Assembly: GCA_035544995.1 (NCBI GenBank)
Contig: DASZZI010000055.1
Coordinates: 9,507 to 73,506, forward strand
Direction of reading: 5' to 3'
Source of the DNA: Candidatus Acidiferrum sp.
GTDB lineage: Bacteria > Acidobacteriota > Terriglobia > Acidiferrales > UBA7541
DNA length: 64,000 nucleotides
Position numbers and translations under genes: made by a program
Notes under the pieces: model-generated
The model's database searches: none
Told to the model about the DNA's origin: nothing
The model's input: the letters and a program-made list of their open reading frames with translations, nothing else
In this document: one piece after another, positions 20,401-30,460 of the stretch
How the letters are laid out: every line of letters begins with the position of its first letter
How positions within the stretch are numbered: the first letter of the stretch is position 1

Positions 20401-20589
20401 GATGCGTTGCTCCATCTCGCGCGGTTCGAGCCCGTTGTAGTTCCAAATCAAGCTGATGACCGGAATATTGATCTCCGGAAAGATGTCGGTCGGGGTGCGG
20501 AGCAGGACTACGGGTGTGAGCAATATGATGACGAGTGCCATCACGATGAAGGTGTATGGCCTCGCGAGCGCTAATCGGACTATCCACAT
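17431..20589 (-). CDS. RND efflux permease (AcrB/NolG-like)
   Basis: 1052 aa, DIFPEINIPV, GILVDDATVAIENI, GVATANSIL, RIRPVLMTA. Confidence 0.95.
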   Translation of the reverse strand: MWIVRLALARPYTFIVMALVIILLTPVVLLRTPTDIFPEINIPVISLIWNYNGLEPREMEQRITANSERAVTTLVNDVEHIESQSLSGIAVVKIYFQPNANIQTALAQTTAIVQTILRFLPPGTTAPLVAIYSASTVPVIQIGLTSDSLSEQQIFDLGNNFIRTQLATVQGAALPFPYGGKQRMIAVDLDSAALQAKGLSPVDIVNAINAQNLILPTGTAKLGPLEYTVEMNGAPQSVEELNNLPIKTVNGATFYMREVAHIRDGFSPQTNIVRANGQRGVLMSTFKTGGASTLDIVARVKQVLQNYSSSLPESLRVSLFFDQSVYVRASIQGVLREAIIAACLTAIMILLFLGNWKSTLVIAVSIPLSILVSVLLLSALHETINIMTLGGLALAVGILVDDATVAIENINRHLAMGKETIQAILDGAQEIAVPAFVSTLCICIVFIPMFFLSGVAKYLFVPMAEAVVFAMLASYMWSRTIVPTLTMYILSAEDEYLAEDHLGEKQGFFRRYQQRFERNFEKFRAGYRRALLATLEHRRPFALSFLSFCVLSAGLVFVIGRDFFPKVDAGQIRLHFRARTGLRIEETARLADQVDAVIRKTIPPRELETVLDNIGVPYSGINLSYSNSGTFGTSDAEILVQLKQERGKPTIAYINELRERLPQQFPGVQFFFQPADIVTQILNFGTPAPIDVAITGSDLWGNFLAGQKLANEIRHIPGAVDVHVQQAFDAPTLRLDIDRARVQSVGLQARDVAQNLLISLSSSFQTAPAFWLDPKNGVSYNVAVQTPQYRVNSYQALQNTPVSGSAPGTPPQILGNLVNTSTTARPALVSHYNAQPMINVYAAVDGRDLGAVSDEVIKRVNAIQKDLPRGSETFIRGQVQTMRNSFTGLGFGLVGAIVLVYLLIVVNFQSWLDPFIIITALPGALAGICWTLLITRTTLNVPSLTGAIMSVGVATANSILMVSFAREQMNEGKNAIDAALEAGFVRIRPVLMTALAMIIGMVPMAIGLGEGGEQNAPLGRAVIGGLIFATFATLFFVPCVFSMIHGRPERQA

Positions 20590-20925
20590 CTCGGTTCGGC
20601 TTCGTCCTCAGGCGATACTTTTCGTGTCGCGCCTGAATGAGTTTTTGTGTTTACCTGGCCCTACGCTTCTTAGATTCCCTGGGACAATTCTTTGGGTACG
20701 CTTGGGGATTGGCCACCTGAGGCGCTCCCAACCTGCTCTATCTTAATCATTTACAAGTGAGAATGGATGACGCATTTCGACTTATCCAGTTCGATGCCGG
20801 AAATTTGAAACTCGGCACATTCTGGGTACGGTCCAATTTGGTCGGATGCTGTTCACTTACAGGGATCAGAGTGCATGATTAACGAAGAAGTTCGGACTCG
20901 TGAGTGTCGCAGAGCGGTCTCAGTT

Positions 20926-21363
20926 CTAGCGATGTTGAGAGGGCCCCGGGCGGCGTTTAGCAATGCGCGGATGCTTGTTTCGCGCCTCCAGATAGGCTTG
21001 ATTCAGCCACCACAGCGCATCACGCAGCTCGTACGCCGAATTTAACTCGAAGGAATACCACCGCGCGCCGGGTGCTTCTTTCTCGAAATCGATGCGCGAG
21101 TCCTCTTGTGCGCGCTTCAACAGATTCGGCGGCATGGGGTCAAACTTGAGAATAATTGAGTTGGGCGTATTGAGGGCGCGCGTGCGCGGGAGGCCGGCGA
21201 AAATCTTATTATCGCGATAGAAGCCGATGAATCCGAACATGGGGCGTGATTTTACGCCCGGCCAGGCGCTCAGCTCGCGTTCCATCATGGCTGACCACTG
21301 TTTCATCTCCTCGGAGATGCGCAACAATTTCGGCCGCTTGGGAATCGCCGGCTTGGCCTTCAT
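20926..21363 (-). CDS. Hypothetical protein, TfoX-N/YjbR-like
   Basis: 145 aa; PGVKSRPMFGFIGFYRDNKIFA motif. Confidence 0.6.
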   Translation of the reverse strand: MKAKPAIPKRPKLLRISEEMKQWSAMMERELSAWPGVKSRPMFGFIGFYRDNKIFAGLPRTRALNTPNSIILKFDPMPPNLLKRAQEDSRIDFEKEAPGARWYSFELNSAYELRDALWWLNQAYLEARNKHPRIAKRRPGPSQHR

Positions 21364-21553
21364 CGATGGCTCACTTGTGCGTCATGGTGAAGACACCGTC
21401 CCAGCCGGAAGGCGGTTCTTCGAAGAGAGACTCTTGGCAACGTTTCCAGTACCCGCGCGATGGCGCCACCACGATTGCGGCAGCTCGTAGAGGCCGAAAA
21501 AGCCCCGCCGTTGCCAGAAGCGCGTTGACGGAGCCGTTATTTCGTCTTGAGCG

Positions 21554-22279
21554 CTATTCGCGGAAGATAAAATTCAAGCGCACGCCGCCTACTTCGATCA
21601 CGTCGCCATCATTGAGGCGCACCGGTCCCTGGATCGGCGAGCCGTTCACGGTGGGAACCTTGTCGCCCGGACCGATGTAAAAACCGTCGTCGCGCTGATT
21701 GATTTGTGCGGCCATGTGCGGTTTGAACCAACCCTTGAGGCGCACGGTAGCCATTGCGGATTTTCCGATGACGGTGAGCTTGTTCGTCAGCATGTATTCT
21801 TTCTGATCGGTTCTGCCGCTCAGAACGATCAGTGTCGGCACTTTAATGCGGCCCGCGGCAAATTGCGTGCGCTCACCCATGGCGGCGGCTTGCTGGAGCA
21901 TCTCGCGGCGCTCTTTGGTGTCGAGCACCATGGTTTCGTTGATGCGCGGAGCGGCGGATTTGCGGCCCGAGTCCCAAGGCACGGGCGCGTCGCCGGTGGC
22001 ATCGACTTTGATGCGGTGCTTGCCGATATGGATGGAATCGCCGTCGTGGAGCGTGGCGCGCTCGACACGCATATCGTTTACGAATGTGCCGTTTAGGCTA
22101 TCGAGATCTTCAACCACGAGGCGGCCACCCTCGAAGTAGACACGCGCATGATAATTTGACACGGCGAGATTATCCACCGGAAGGTCGTTGTCCGGAGAGC
22201 GGCCGATACCGATGGGCCGGCTGCCAACCGGAACTTCCTTGACGATTTTGTCTTGAAACATGAGGCTGAGCTTAGCCAT
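21554..22279 (-). CDS. Tandem FHA domain protein
   Basis: FHA1 IGRSPDNDLPVDNLAVSNYHARV; FHA2 ending LNDGDVIEVGG; start overlaps the phosphatase stop. Confidence 0.9.
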   Translation of the reverse strand: MAKLSLMFQDKIVKEVPVGSRPIGIGRSPDNDLPVDNLAVSNYHARVYFEGGRLVVEDLDSLNGTFVNDMRVERATLHDGDSIHIGKHRIKVDATGDAPVPWDSGRKSAAPRINETMVLDTKERREMLQQAAAMGERTQFAAGRIKVPTLIVLSGRTDQKEYMLTNKLTVIGKSAMATVRLKGWFKPHMAAQINQRDDGFYIGPGDKVPTVNGSPIQGPVRLNDGDVIEVGGVRLNFIFRE

Positions 22280-23120
22280 CTAACTTTCCTCCTGCGGAGC
22301 CATTGCTGGCCGCATTTTTTCGCGCCCCACGGCGCAGCCAGGAAAACCATCCCTTTGAACCCGGTTCGAGACGCACGACGATCACCGTGACGTTATCTGC
22401 GCCGCCGTACTCATTGGCCAGCGCCACAAGCTTTTCCGCAGCCCTGGTTGGATTTGTTTCCGCCTGGAGCGTTCCGGCAATTTCGGGCTCGGTGACCATG
22501 CGGGTTAAGCCGTCGGAGCACAGGATCAAAATATCGCGCACGAAGAGCGGATGTTCTTCGGCATCGACTTCGACGTCCGCCTGGGCTCCCAGGGCGCGGA
22601 TGAGGACGCTTTGCATCTGGCTCTCTTCGGCTTCGACGGCGGTGATAATTCCGCGGCGCACTTGTTCCGCGACCAGAGAATGGTCACTGGTCAGTTGCTG
22701 CAACGTACCGCTGCGCACAAGATAGGCGCGACTGTCACCGACGTGCGCGATGCTGAGCTTGGCGCCATCGATCCACGCTGCGGTCAGCGTGGCGCCCATG
22801 CCGCGCTGTTCGGGATGCCCCTCGGCGGACTCGAAAATCTTTTTGTTGGCAAGATGCACGGCGCTTGCGAGGCGCCTGGTATGGTCGCTCAGACCCGCCT
22901 GCGGCTCTCCAAGAAGTGGAGCGGCGGGATTCTCCTGACCTTCAAGGCAATGCTTCGTAACGGTCTCGACCGCCAATGCGCTGGCGACTTCTCCATGGGC
23001 CTCGCCGCCCATGCCGTCGGACAGGACGAAGAGCTGCAACGGCGCGACGATGCGAAAGCAATCTTCGTTGTTTGCGCGCAGGCGACCTACGTCGCTTACA
23101 CCGCCGCTTACGATTTCCAC
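22272..23120 (-). CDS. PP2C-family Ser/Thr protein phosphatase (Stp1/PrpC-like)
   Basis: SDVGRLRANNED, LSDGMGG, HVGDSRAY, LCSDGL, GGADNVT; GTG 23120 preceded by GGGAG. Confidence 0.93.
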   Translation of the reverse strand: MEIVSGGVSDVGRLRANNEDCFRIVAPLQLFVLSDGMGGEAHGEVASALAVETVTKHCLEGQENPAAPLLGEPQAGLSDHTRRLASAVHLANKKIFESAEGHPEQRGMGATLTAAWIDGAKLSIAHVGDSRAYLVRSGTLQQLTSDHSLVAEQVRRGIITAVEAEESQMQSVLIRALGAQADVEVDAEEHPLFVRDILILCSDGLTRMVTEPEIAGTLQAETNPTRAAEKLVALANEYGGADNVTVIVVRLEPGSKGWFSWLRRGARKNAASNGSAGGKLDG

Positions 23121-23658
23121 TAATGCTCCCCTTATCGGGCGGGGTTCACACCACGCCCACACCCGTGCTGGATAACCGTCGTTCCAAGCTAGCAGACGCC
23201 TGGCCGTGGCGAAAGACTTTGAACCCTACTGATTACCAGCTTTTTAGCCACAAGCGGATCCCTGCGTCGGGTGGCGTGCCCGGAGAAAGTGTGCTATTGC
23301 CGCTGTCGCCCTACTACCTCGGGTTTCGCTACACTTTCTCCTCCGCTGAACTAGCAGTCTCTTTGGAACTCCCATTTCTTGTGATTGATGGTCATTTCTT
23401 TGCTATCGGCTGAGGAAAACGGGATATCTTCCTATCCGCGAACTTGGACGATCCAAACCGCAGTGACTGCTACTTGTTCGAACTTACGACCGTCATGCAG
23501 AACAACGCGAACTACCAAGTAATCCATCCCGATCTCATCTTGCTGGCGAAGGTATTCGAGCCACTCGTTCGGTATTGAAATATGTAACATTTCGAATATT
23601 CTGGCATGGAGGTAACTTGCCCGGGTTGGGACTGTCTCTTTTTCGTTACAATCTCATC

Positions 23659-24525
23659 ATGCCTTCGAGCCGATTTTGTTTCCCAGCTGCATTCCTAGGC
23701 GCAGCTGCGGTTCTTTTTTCGGGTGGCGTTTTGGCGCAGCAGGCGCCGCCGGCCTCCGGCGCGCGCATACTGTTGTTGCCGCGGCGCATCGTGTCGGGCG
23801 AGCGCGCGACGCTCGCTGTGCTGGACGTAAATGGCCGGTTGACGCCTGGAGTCAGGGTGAACTTTTCGAATGGCGACCGGCTGACCACTGATGCGACGGG
23901 ACGCGCGCTGTTTGTTGCGCCCCTCAATCCGGGAGTTGTATTTGCGTCCATTGAAGGACGTCCCGTGCGGGTGCCGACGGCAATACTCTCCACTGCGGAG
24001 GGAGCTTCAGCGTCGATTGCAGTTAATTCCGCGCCGCGCGTGGCCTCAATCAGCGACCGATTTGAACTCACAGGGCACGGCTTCTGCGGCGACGCGGACG
24101 CAAATCAAGTTACCATCGGCGGGAAGGCCACGCTGGTCTTGGCGTCTTCACCCAGCTCTCTGGTTGTTCTTCCTCCCAGTGATCTCGAGCCTGGCCCCGC
24201 TGCCGTCGAGGTTTCCTGCGCAAAGCGCAGCGCGCCAAAATTCACGATCACGCTCGTTGCTTTGCAGCTCGAAGCAGATTCTTCACCGCTGGCGCCAGGC
24301 AAACGCCGAGTGCTCACGGTGCACGTCCACGGCACGACCGCCGTAGTAGGACTCGAAGCGCGCAATCGCGCGCCCGATATCGCGGAACTCACCGGTGGGA
24401 ACTCGGTACGCCTCTCATCCTCCGGCGGAGCAAAGAATGCGGCGAAGTTCGAAATCCTCGGCCGCAAACGCGGGAGTTTTCTGATCTCTATTCGGCTGTT
24501 GTCTTCGGTTGGACCGCCGCGATAG
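23659..24525 (+). CDS. Secreted hypothetical protein with Ig-like/IPT-TIG domains
   Basis: Signal peptide after ATG 23659; FELTGHGFCGDADANQVTIGG is typical of IPT/TIG. Confidence 0.6.
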   Translation: MPSSRFCFPAAFLGAAAVLFSGGVLAQQAPPASGARILLLPRRIVSGERATLAVLDVNGRLTPGVRVNFSNGDRLTTDATGRALFVAPLNPGVVFASIEGRPVRVPTAILSTAEGASASIAVNSAPRVASISDRFELTGHGFCGDADANQVTIGGKATLVLASSPSSLVVLPPSDLEPGPAAVEVSCAKRSAPKFTITLVALQLEADSSPLAPGKRRVLTVHVHGTTAVVGLEARNRAPDIAELTGGNSVRLSSSGGAKNAAKFEILGRKRGSFLISIRLLSSVGPPR

Positions 24526-24633
24526 CAGATTCCGCTCCAAGTCGATTGCGACATCGGAGTCAGCAGTCTTCCAGCGAGCACCTGTGTTACATTTCTCCTA
24601 CCTTGTGGGCTTTACGCTTCTCAGGGAACAGCT

Positions 24634-26004
24634 ATGAATCTACCGCTCATCGTTGCAGTCGTCCTTGCGGTCCCGCTTGGTGCGCTCCTGGCGTGGCTGT
24701 CTGCTTCCTCGCGGGCGAATCGCCTTCGATCAGAATTAGCAGGACTTTCTGCTCAACTTCTTGAAACCCGCAATCAAGTCCAGACGGCGCGAGCCGAAAC
24801 GGACCGATTAAGAAAGGATCTTTCCAATGAGCAGACGCTCCGCACGCGTGCCGAAACAGAGCGCCAGAGTGAGCGAGCTAACCTCGAAGAGCAGAAACGA
24901 ATATTAAACGAAGCCGAAGCCAAGCTTCGTGAAGCCTTTCAATCCCTCGCCGCCAGCGCGTTGCAGCAAAGTAATGAACAGTTTCTCCATCTTGCCCAGG
25001 AGCGTCTCGACAACTTACAGCAGCAGGCTGCGGGAGACCTCGCGCAACGACAGGAATCCATTAAGGGCCTTGTGGATCCGCTTCAACAGCGGCTTACGGA
25101 TCTTCAAAACCATCTCGGCAGGCTCGAATCCAACCGCGAGTCTGCCTACGGTGAACTCCGCAATCAGGTCCAAAACCTCGCACAAACCAACCGCGAGCTT
25201 CAGAAGGAGACCGGCAGCCTTGTCAGCACATTGCGTCAGCCACAAGTCAAAGGCCGCTGGGGTGAACTCACGCTCCGACGCGCGGTCGAGCTGGCAGGCA
25301 TGTCAATCCACTGCGACTTTGAAGAACAGGTTTCCGTGGACACTCCCGAGGGCCGCATTCGTCCAGATCTCATCGTCCATCTGCCGGGCCATGCGCGCGT
25401 GGTGGTGGATGCAAAGGTTCCTCTCCATGGATTCTTGAAGGTCGCGGAAGCCCAAAACGATGCCGAACGCGAGGCGGGTCTCGCGGATCATGCTCGCCTC
25501 GTGCGAGGCCACGTGAATCAACTTTCTTCGAGGGAATATTGGAAACAATTCGAACCCAGCCCTGACTTCGTCGTGCTCTTTGTTCCGGGTGAATCCTTTT
25601 TCAGCGCGGCGCTGGAAAAAGATCCTAATCTGCTGGAGGACGCGATCTCGGCTCACGTGGTCCTGGCCAGCCCCGCTAATCTGATCGCCATCCTGCGCGC
25701 TGTGTCCTACGGCTGGAAGCAAGAACAAGTTGCGGAGAGCGCTCAGGAAATCAGCGCGCTCGGCCGTGACCTGTTTGAGCGTCTGGTCAATTTTGTCGAA
25801 CACGTTCAGGACATTCGGGGTGGCCTGGAGCGGGCCAACAATTCCTTCAACAAGGCGGTTGGCTCACTGGAAGCTCGTCTCTTGCCTGCGGCGCGAAAAT
25901 TGAAAGAAAAAGGGATTCAGTCGACGAGTGAGCTGACATCCGTCGAGCCTACCGAGACGGGTCTCCGTTTGCTGAATCCCGCCATCACCGAAGGCGAAAA
26001 GTAG
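24634..26004 (+). CDS. rmuC: DNA recombination protein RmuC
   Basis: TM plus coiled coil, KGRWGELTLRR, RPDLIVHLPG, VVDAKVP, DFVVLFVPGE, LASPANL. Confidence 0.93.
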   Translation: MNLPLIVAVVLAVPLGALLAWLSASSRANRLRSELAGLSAQLLETRNQVQTARAETDRLRKDLSNEQTLRTRAETERQSERANLEEQKRILNEAEAKLREAFQSLAASALQQSNEQFLHLAQERLDNLQQQAAGDLAQRQESIKGLVDPLQQRLTDLQNHLGRLESNRESAYGELRNQVQNLAQTNRELQKETGSLVSTLRQPQVKGRWGELTLRRAVELAGMSIHCDFEEQVSVDTPEGRIRPDLIVHLPGHARVVVDAKVPLHGFLKVAEAQNDAEREAGLADHARLVRGHVNQLSSREYWKQFEPSPDFVVLFVPGESFFSAALEKDPNLLEDAISAHVVLASPANLIAILRAVSYGWKQEQVAESAQEISALGRDLFERLVNFVEHVQDIRGGLERANNSFNKAVGSLEARLLPAARKLKEKGIQSTSELTSVEPTETGLRLLNPAITEGEK

Positions 26005-26014
26005 ATTCCCCTGC

Positions 26015-26045
26015 AAAAAGAGGGCCCCGCGATTGCGAGGCCCTC
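26015..26045 (-). terminator. Rho-independent terminator between convergent rmuC and the TonB receptor
   Basis: GAGGGCC...GGCCCTC stem, followed by a T run on the minus strand. Confidence 0.7.
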
Positions 26046-26071
26046 CTGGATCACCGAGTTTCAACTTTTCT

Positions 26072-29000
26072 CTAGAAGCTAAGCTTCAGGGCGAACTGGA
26101 ACTGCCGCGCGTCGTAGGCCGCAGTCGGCTGGCCCGACGCCTGGCATCCCGCGCTCGGGTTGCAGAGCTGATTCACCGCGGCGACGTTCAGGCGGTTCAG
26201 CAGGTTGAACCCATCCGCGATGACGTCCAGCTTCATGTGCTCGCCCATGGCGAAGCGCCGGGAGAGCCGCAAGTCGACCTGGAAGAACCCGGGTGTGACG
26301 AACCTGTTCCGCCCGAGATTTCCGATGCAGCCCGCCCCCGCGTCAGTGACGAACGGCACGGTGAACTGCTGCCGGCTGCCCGTCAAGCAGACATCCGGCA
26401 GGGTGAACGTCACGCCGGGAATGAAGTTCGAAGGTGACCCGTTCTTGCCCACGGAAGGCCGTCCACCGGACGCCCCGAGGTCCAGCCGGAAGTCCGTGCC
26501 GGTGATCAACGTGTACGGCCGCCCGGAGGCCACTTCGATGATGGGTGCAAGCGTGAAATCCCCGATGAAGTGTTTCCACGCACTATCGCCTTGCGTGGCG
26601 GAAGGCGACTGGAACACTGCGCTGGTGACCCAGCGATGTCGCTGGTCGTTGTCCGAATTCGACCGCTCCAGGTTCGGGAACCGACTGTCCTGCGGTTCAA
26701 GTGGCGACTGCAGGTCCGTGGAATCGTCAATCGAGTGGGAATACGTGTAGCTCGACAGCAGCTCCATCCCGTGCGAGAAGCGCTTTGTCACGTTTATAGT
26801 TAGCCCATGATAGACGGAATTCCCGCTGGAGAGTTGAGCGTCCACGCTGTTGAAGGGCACCGGAACGCCGAAACCCCGCGGGTACTTCGCCAGTTGGGCC
26901 AATCCCACGAGTAACGCATAGTTCACCGCGCCCGGTCCGGCAAACGACGGGTTGGGCCCGGACGGTCGGAAGAAGTTGAACGCCGCCGCCGTGCTCACGA
27001 ATTGATTGTTCAAGAACCCAAGAGGTCCGGGGCAGCCAAAGATGACACCCAGGACCGGGGCGATCGGATTGAATCCACAGGTGCTCAGCGTGGGAGCCAC
27101 GCGCGCTCCCGTAAGACGTACACCTGCGGGGCTCGGCGAGCAGGACAACGCCGTCGACAGTCCCCCTGCCACTCCGCCCAAACAGTTCGCGAAGTTTTGA
27201 TCCAGCAATTGCGGATCCGTCGAGTTGATGTCCACGGGACGGTACAGGTGCACGCCATGCGTATATTGATACCCGGCGCTGATCTTCCAAGACCCCGCGA
27301 TCTCCCGCTCGATGGTCAGATTTCCCTGTTGCGCGGAGCCGTACTGGAAATTCTTGGCCACCGGCAGGGTGAACGGCAGGGCCGCCAGCGGAAATCCAGC
27401 CTGCAGGTAATTCTGATTCGCGAACAGCGAACCCTGGAGAAGGGGATCGAAGCGCTGGTGGTCCGGCAAATACCCCATGCTGGGCAGCGCGTTCAGGACG
27501 CCCTGGAAGATCGAGGAGCCATTTAGATTCCCCGGGCTGTCCAAACCCCCGCCGCAAACCGCTGTGACCAATCCGCAGGCAGAGGCCGCGCCTCCGCCTG
27601 TCTCCAATTGCACCGACCGGCCTCCATCCGCGGTGGTCGCGTCGAACGGGATGGCAAGCAGCGGGTGGTCGTAGAAAATTCCATATCCAGCGCGGATGAC
27701 GGTTTTCCCATCACCCTTGGGATCCCAGGCCAAGCCGAAGCGCGGGGCCACGTTGTTGTAGTCGCGCGGAATTCCTTCCACGACGCCGAGCGCCTTCTCG
27801 GCAGCCGCATTGAGCGGGGTCGCGGCGGCGAAGAGCGGTGTAATCTCCACGTCATAGCGCACGCCGTAGTTCAATGTCAACTTGCGGTTCACGCGCCAGC
27901 TATCCTGGAAGAACAAACCGATGGGGATATTGTCAAAGGGCTGCTTGGACTGCCCGATGCCCTGAATGTACGTCGTCGGAATCCCCAGCCCGTACGACTG
28001 CAAGCCCGTCGTGCCGGGTAGAGCGATCCCTCCCGCGCAGGTTGGTCCTGCTCCGCCTACGCAGTCCGGCAGGATGCCGCCGCTCACCGTCGAAGCAGCC
28101 AGTCCGCCAAAGTTCGCGACTCCGCCGAAGTCCAGCTCGAAGATCTGCGCCTTGCTCGAGCGCAACTGGACCAGGTTGTAATCCCCGCCCATTTTGAAAG
28201 TATGCTTGCCGCGGATCAGGCTCACATTGTCCGTGAACTCCCAGCGGCGCTCGATGCGGTTCACGGGCGAATACGGTTCGCGCCCGAAGTAGGCTGAGCC
28301 CGGGATGTTTACGGCGAGCTGATCTCCGCCGGGGAGATGTGAAAATCCGAAATGCAAACCGCGCCGCGCAAATTGGAAGCGGAATTGGTTGAATGCCGTG
28401 TCGCTCACAATGGTGTCGTGCTGGAAAATAGCAGAGAGGTCGCGCGACTGGTTCAGACCTGTGCGCGAGCCGGAGTTTTGGCCAAACACCTGGTTCTGTG
28501 CCGTGGACTGAACTCCTGTCACAAGCGACGGCGACACACTTACGCGAAGAAACGAATTATTTTTGTTGTTCCAGCGCTCGTCCAGCCGCGCCGACCACAG
28601 GCTGGTCTTTTCGGTGACGGGGAAGTTGCCGCGCAGCTGATTCAGTCCCTTGTAGGACCCCGGCAGCGGCGCGATGCCCAGCCCGAACGGGAAGCACGAT
28701 ACTGCATTCACCTGCGGTCCATTCCCGAGGCACGTCACGGGAAGGGGGAACTGCGCTCCGGGCGGAACCACCACGTTCGTCCAGGTCGCCTGCGACAATA
28801 GAATGCTGGAAACGGCCCCAAAGTCGAACTTATTCAGCGCCACGCTCGATGCCGAGCCCATCAACAGTCCGTACAACGCGCCTGCTTGTTGTGCCTTGCC
28901 GCCGAGTGCCAGCAAGGCATTCATTGCCGCTCCCTGCGAAGGCGTGAGTTGCACCGGAACCGGACCGCCGAGAGTCGGAACAGCAAACGTTTGCAGTCCG

Positions 29001-30019
29001 AAGCTATTTATCCCGATGCTCGAAAACCCCGTCTCTTCGCGCAGCGTGTCTTCATAGGAAAGGAAGTAAAACGTCTTATCTTTCTTGAGGGCCCCGCCGA
29101 GCGTCGCACCGGCCTGCACGCGGGTGAAGCCCTGCTTGACGGGGTTGAGCTGCCCCGTGGTCGGGTCTACCTGGCCCGAAAAGGCATTGCGCGCTTGAAA
29201 TGCCTTATTGCGCAGGAATCCGAAAACATTGCCATGGAAGTCGTTACCACCGCCTTTGGTCACGATGTTGATGACGCCGCCGGTAGCGCGGCCGTACTCG
29301 GCGTTGTAGTTGCTCAGAATGAGCTGGAACTCCTGCACGGCCTCCTGCGACACCGTCGCGCGGATACCGTTAATCGAGTTATCCACCGCATCCGCGCCGT
29401 CCACGCTCACCTCATTCGAACGCGCGCGCTGCCCGCCGAAATTCAGACCGCTGCTCGGCGCGGGGCCAATTGTCGGTGCGACATCCCGGGTCGTTTGCGA
29501 ATTGGTCAATGTGAAATTGATATAGCTGCGTCCATTTATGGGGAGGTTGTCGATGCGGCGCTGTTCGACGGTTTGCGAGACTTCGGTCTTCGTTGTTTCA
29601 ATGGGTGCGGTCTCCGTGGTCACGGTGATCGTCTGCTGCACGCCGCGCAGCTCCAGGCGGGGATCCAGCGTGGCATTCTCGCCTACCGTAAGCACGATGG
29701 ACGCGTTCTGGTAGGCGGCAAAACTCGCTCCTCCATCGACGGTCAGCTTGTATTGCCCGGGAGGGAGTCCAACCAGCGTGTAGCGGCCAGTGTCATCGCT
29801 GACGGTGGAGCGTTCGGCGCCGGTGCCAATATTAGTGACCGTCACTTTCGCGCCTTTCACCGCTAGACCTTGCGGGTCCGTCACCGTTCCGGAAAGGGTC
29901 GCCGTGTTGACCTGCGCCACAGCCATCCCGGCACAAACTAGCACCAACACGCACAGCATCAGTACCGTCCATAATGACCGCGGAGCGGTCGACGCAAACA
30001 CACTTTGCCTGCGCTGCAT
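26072..30019 (-). CDS. TonB-dependent receptor, Oar-like with N-terminal carboxypeptidase-regulatory-like domain
   Basis: 1315 aa; LSGTVTDPQG, NLPINGRSY, EAVQEFQ, YNAEYGRATGGVINIVTKGG, C-terminal RQFQFALKLSF. Confidence 0.92.
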   Translation of the reverse strand: MQRRQSVFASTAPRSLWTVLMLCVLVLVCAGMAVAQVNTATLSGTVTDPQGLAVKGAKVTVTNIGTGAERSTVSDDTGRYTLVGLPPGQYKLTVDGGASFAAYQNASIVLTVGENATLDPRLELRGVQQTITVTTETAPIETTKTEVSQTVEQRRIDNLPINGRSYINFTLTNSQTTRDVAPTIGPAPSSGLNFGGQRARSNEVSVDGADAVDNSINGIRATVSQEAVQEFQLILSNYNAEYGRATGGVINIVTKGGGNDFHGNVFGFLRNKAFQARNAFSGQVDPTTGQLNPVKQGFTRVQAGATLGGALKKDKTFYFLSYEDTLREETGFSSIGINSFGLQTFAVPTLGGPVPVQLTPSQGAAMNALLALGGKAQQAGALYGLLMGSASSVALNKFDFGAVSSILLSQATWTNVVVPPGAQFPLPVTCLGNGPQVNAVSCFPFGLGIAPLPGSYKGLNQLRGNFPVTEKTSLWSARLDERWNNKNNSFLRVSVSPSLVTGVQSTAQNQVFGQNSGSRTGLNQSRDLSAIFQHDTIVSDTAFNQFRFQFARRGLHFGFSHLPGGDQLAVNIPGSAYFGREPYSPVNRIERRWEFTDNVSLIRGKHTFKMGGDYNLVQLRSSKAQIFELDFGGVANFGGLAASTVSGGILPDCVGGAGPTCAGGIALPGTTGLQSYGLGIPTTYIQGIGQSKQPFDNIPIGLFFQDSWRVNRKLTLNYGVRYDVEITPLFAAATPLNAAAEKALGVVEGIPRDYNNVAPRFGLAWDPKGDGKTVIRAGYGIFYDHPLLAIPFDATTADGGRSVQLETGGGAASACGLVTAVCGGGLDSPGNLNGSSIFQGVLNALPSMGYLPDHQRFDPLLQGSLFANQNYLQAGFPLAALPFTLPVAKNFQYGSAQQGNLTIEREIAGSWKISAGYQYTHGVHLYRPVDINSTDPQLLDQNFANCLGGVAGGLSTALSCSPSPAGVRLTGARVAPTLSTCGFNPIAPVLGVIFGCPGPLGFLNNQFVSTAAAFNFFRPSGPNPSFAGPGAVNYALLVGLAQLAKYPRGFGVPVPFNSVDAQLSSGNSVYHGLTINVTKRFSHGMELLSSYTYSHSIDDSTDLQSPLEPQDSRFPNLERSNSDNDQRHRWVTSAVFQSPSATQGDSAWKHFIGDFTLAPIIEVASGRPYTLITGTDFRLDLGASGGRPSVGKNGSPSNFIPGVTFTLPDVCLTGSRQQFTVPFVTDAGAGCIGNLGRNRFVTPGFFQVDLRLSRRFAMGEHMKLDVIADGFNLLNRLNVAAVNQLCNPSAGCQASGQPTAAYDARQFQFALKLSF

Positions 30020-30460
30020 GTTTTCCTCCTAGTTGGAACCCATCAATCTTCCGCTACCCCTAGCGGTGGCGGGGCCTCCCGCCTGTATTGGCGCATGCGA
30101 TTGAATACTGGGCTTTTACTGCAATTAGCCGCTGCTTTCAACTGAAAAATTACGAGCCGTGGTCCTATCAAAAAATCATCCCTCCGATGGTGTCCCTGGG
30201 TTGTTGGGCAAGGAAAATCTTGTTCCCGCCGACGAGCCCCAACGGCCGTCGCAGCATGAGCTTTGCTGGAGAACTTGGCAAGCGGCAAAGTGCGAAAAGG
30301 GCAAGGGGGAAGAGAATGTCGTGCCTTGCCGCACTTCTCCCGGGCTTACCCGGGCAGGGCGCCAGATCGACCGCGCTCTTGTGCACCACGTCCGGATCTA
30401 TGCTCCCTGGATGTGCTTTTCAGGGTGTTCGCAAAAGGAGTTTGCATGCATTGGCAAACC

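Noticed and set aside
23121-23658. Structured RNA in the 540-bp divergent intergenic region
   Set aside because: No known riboswitch or ncRNA motif or long stem could be identified by eye.
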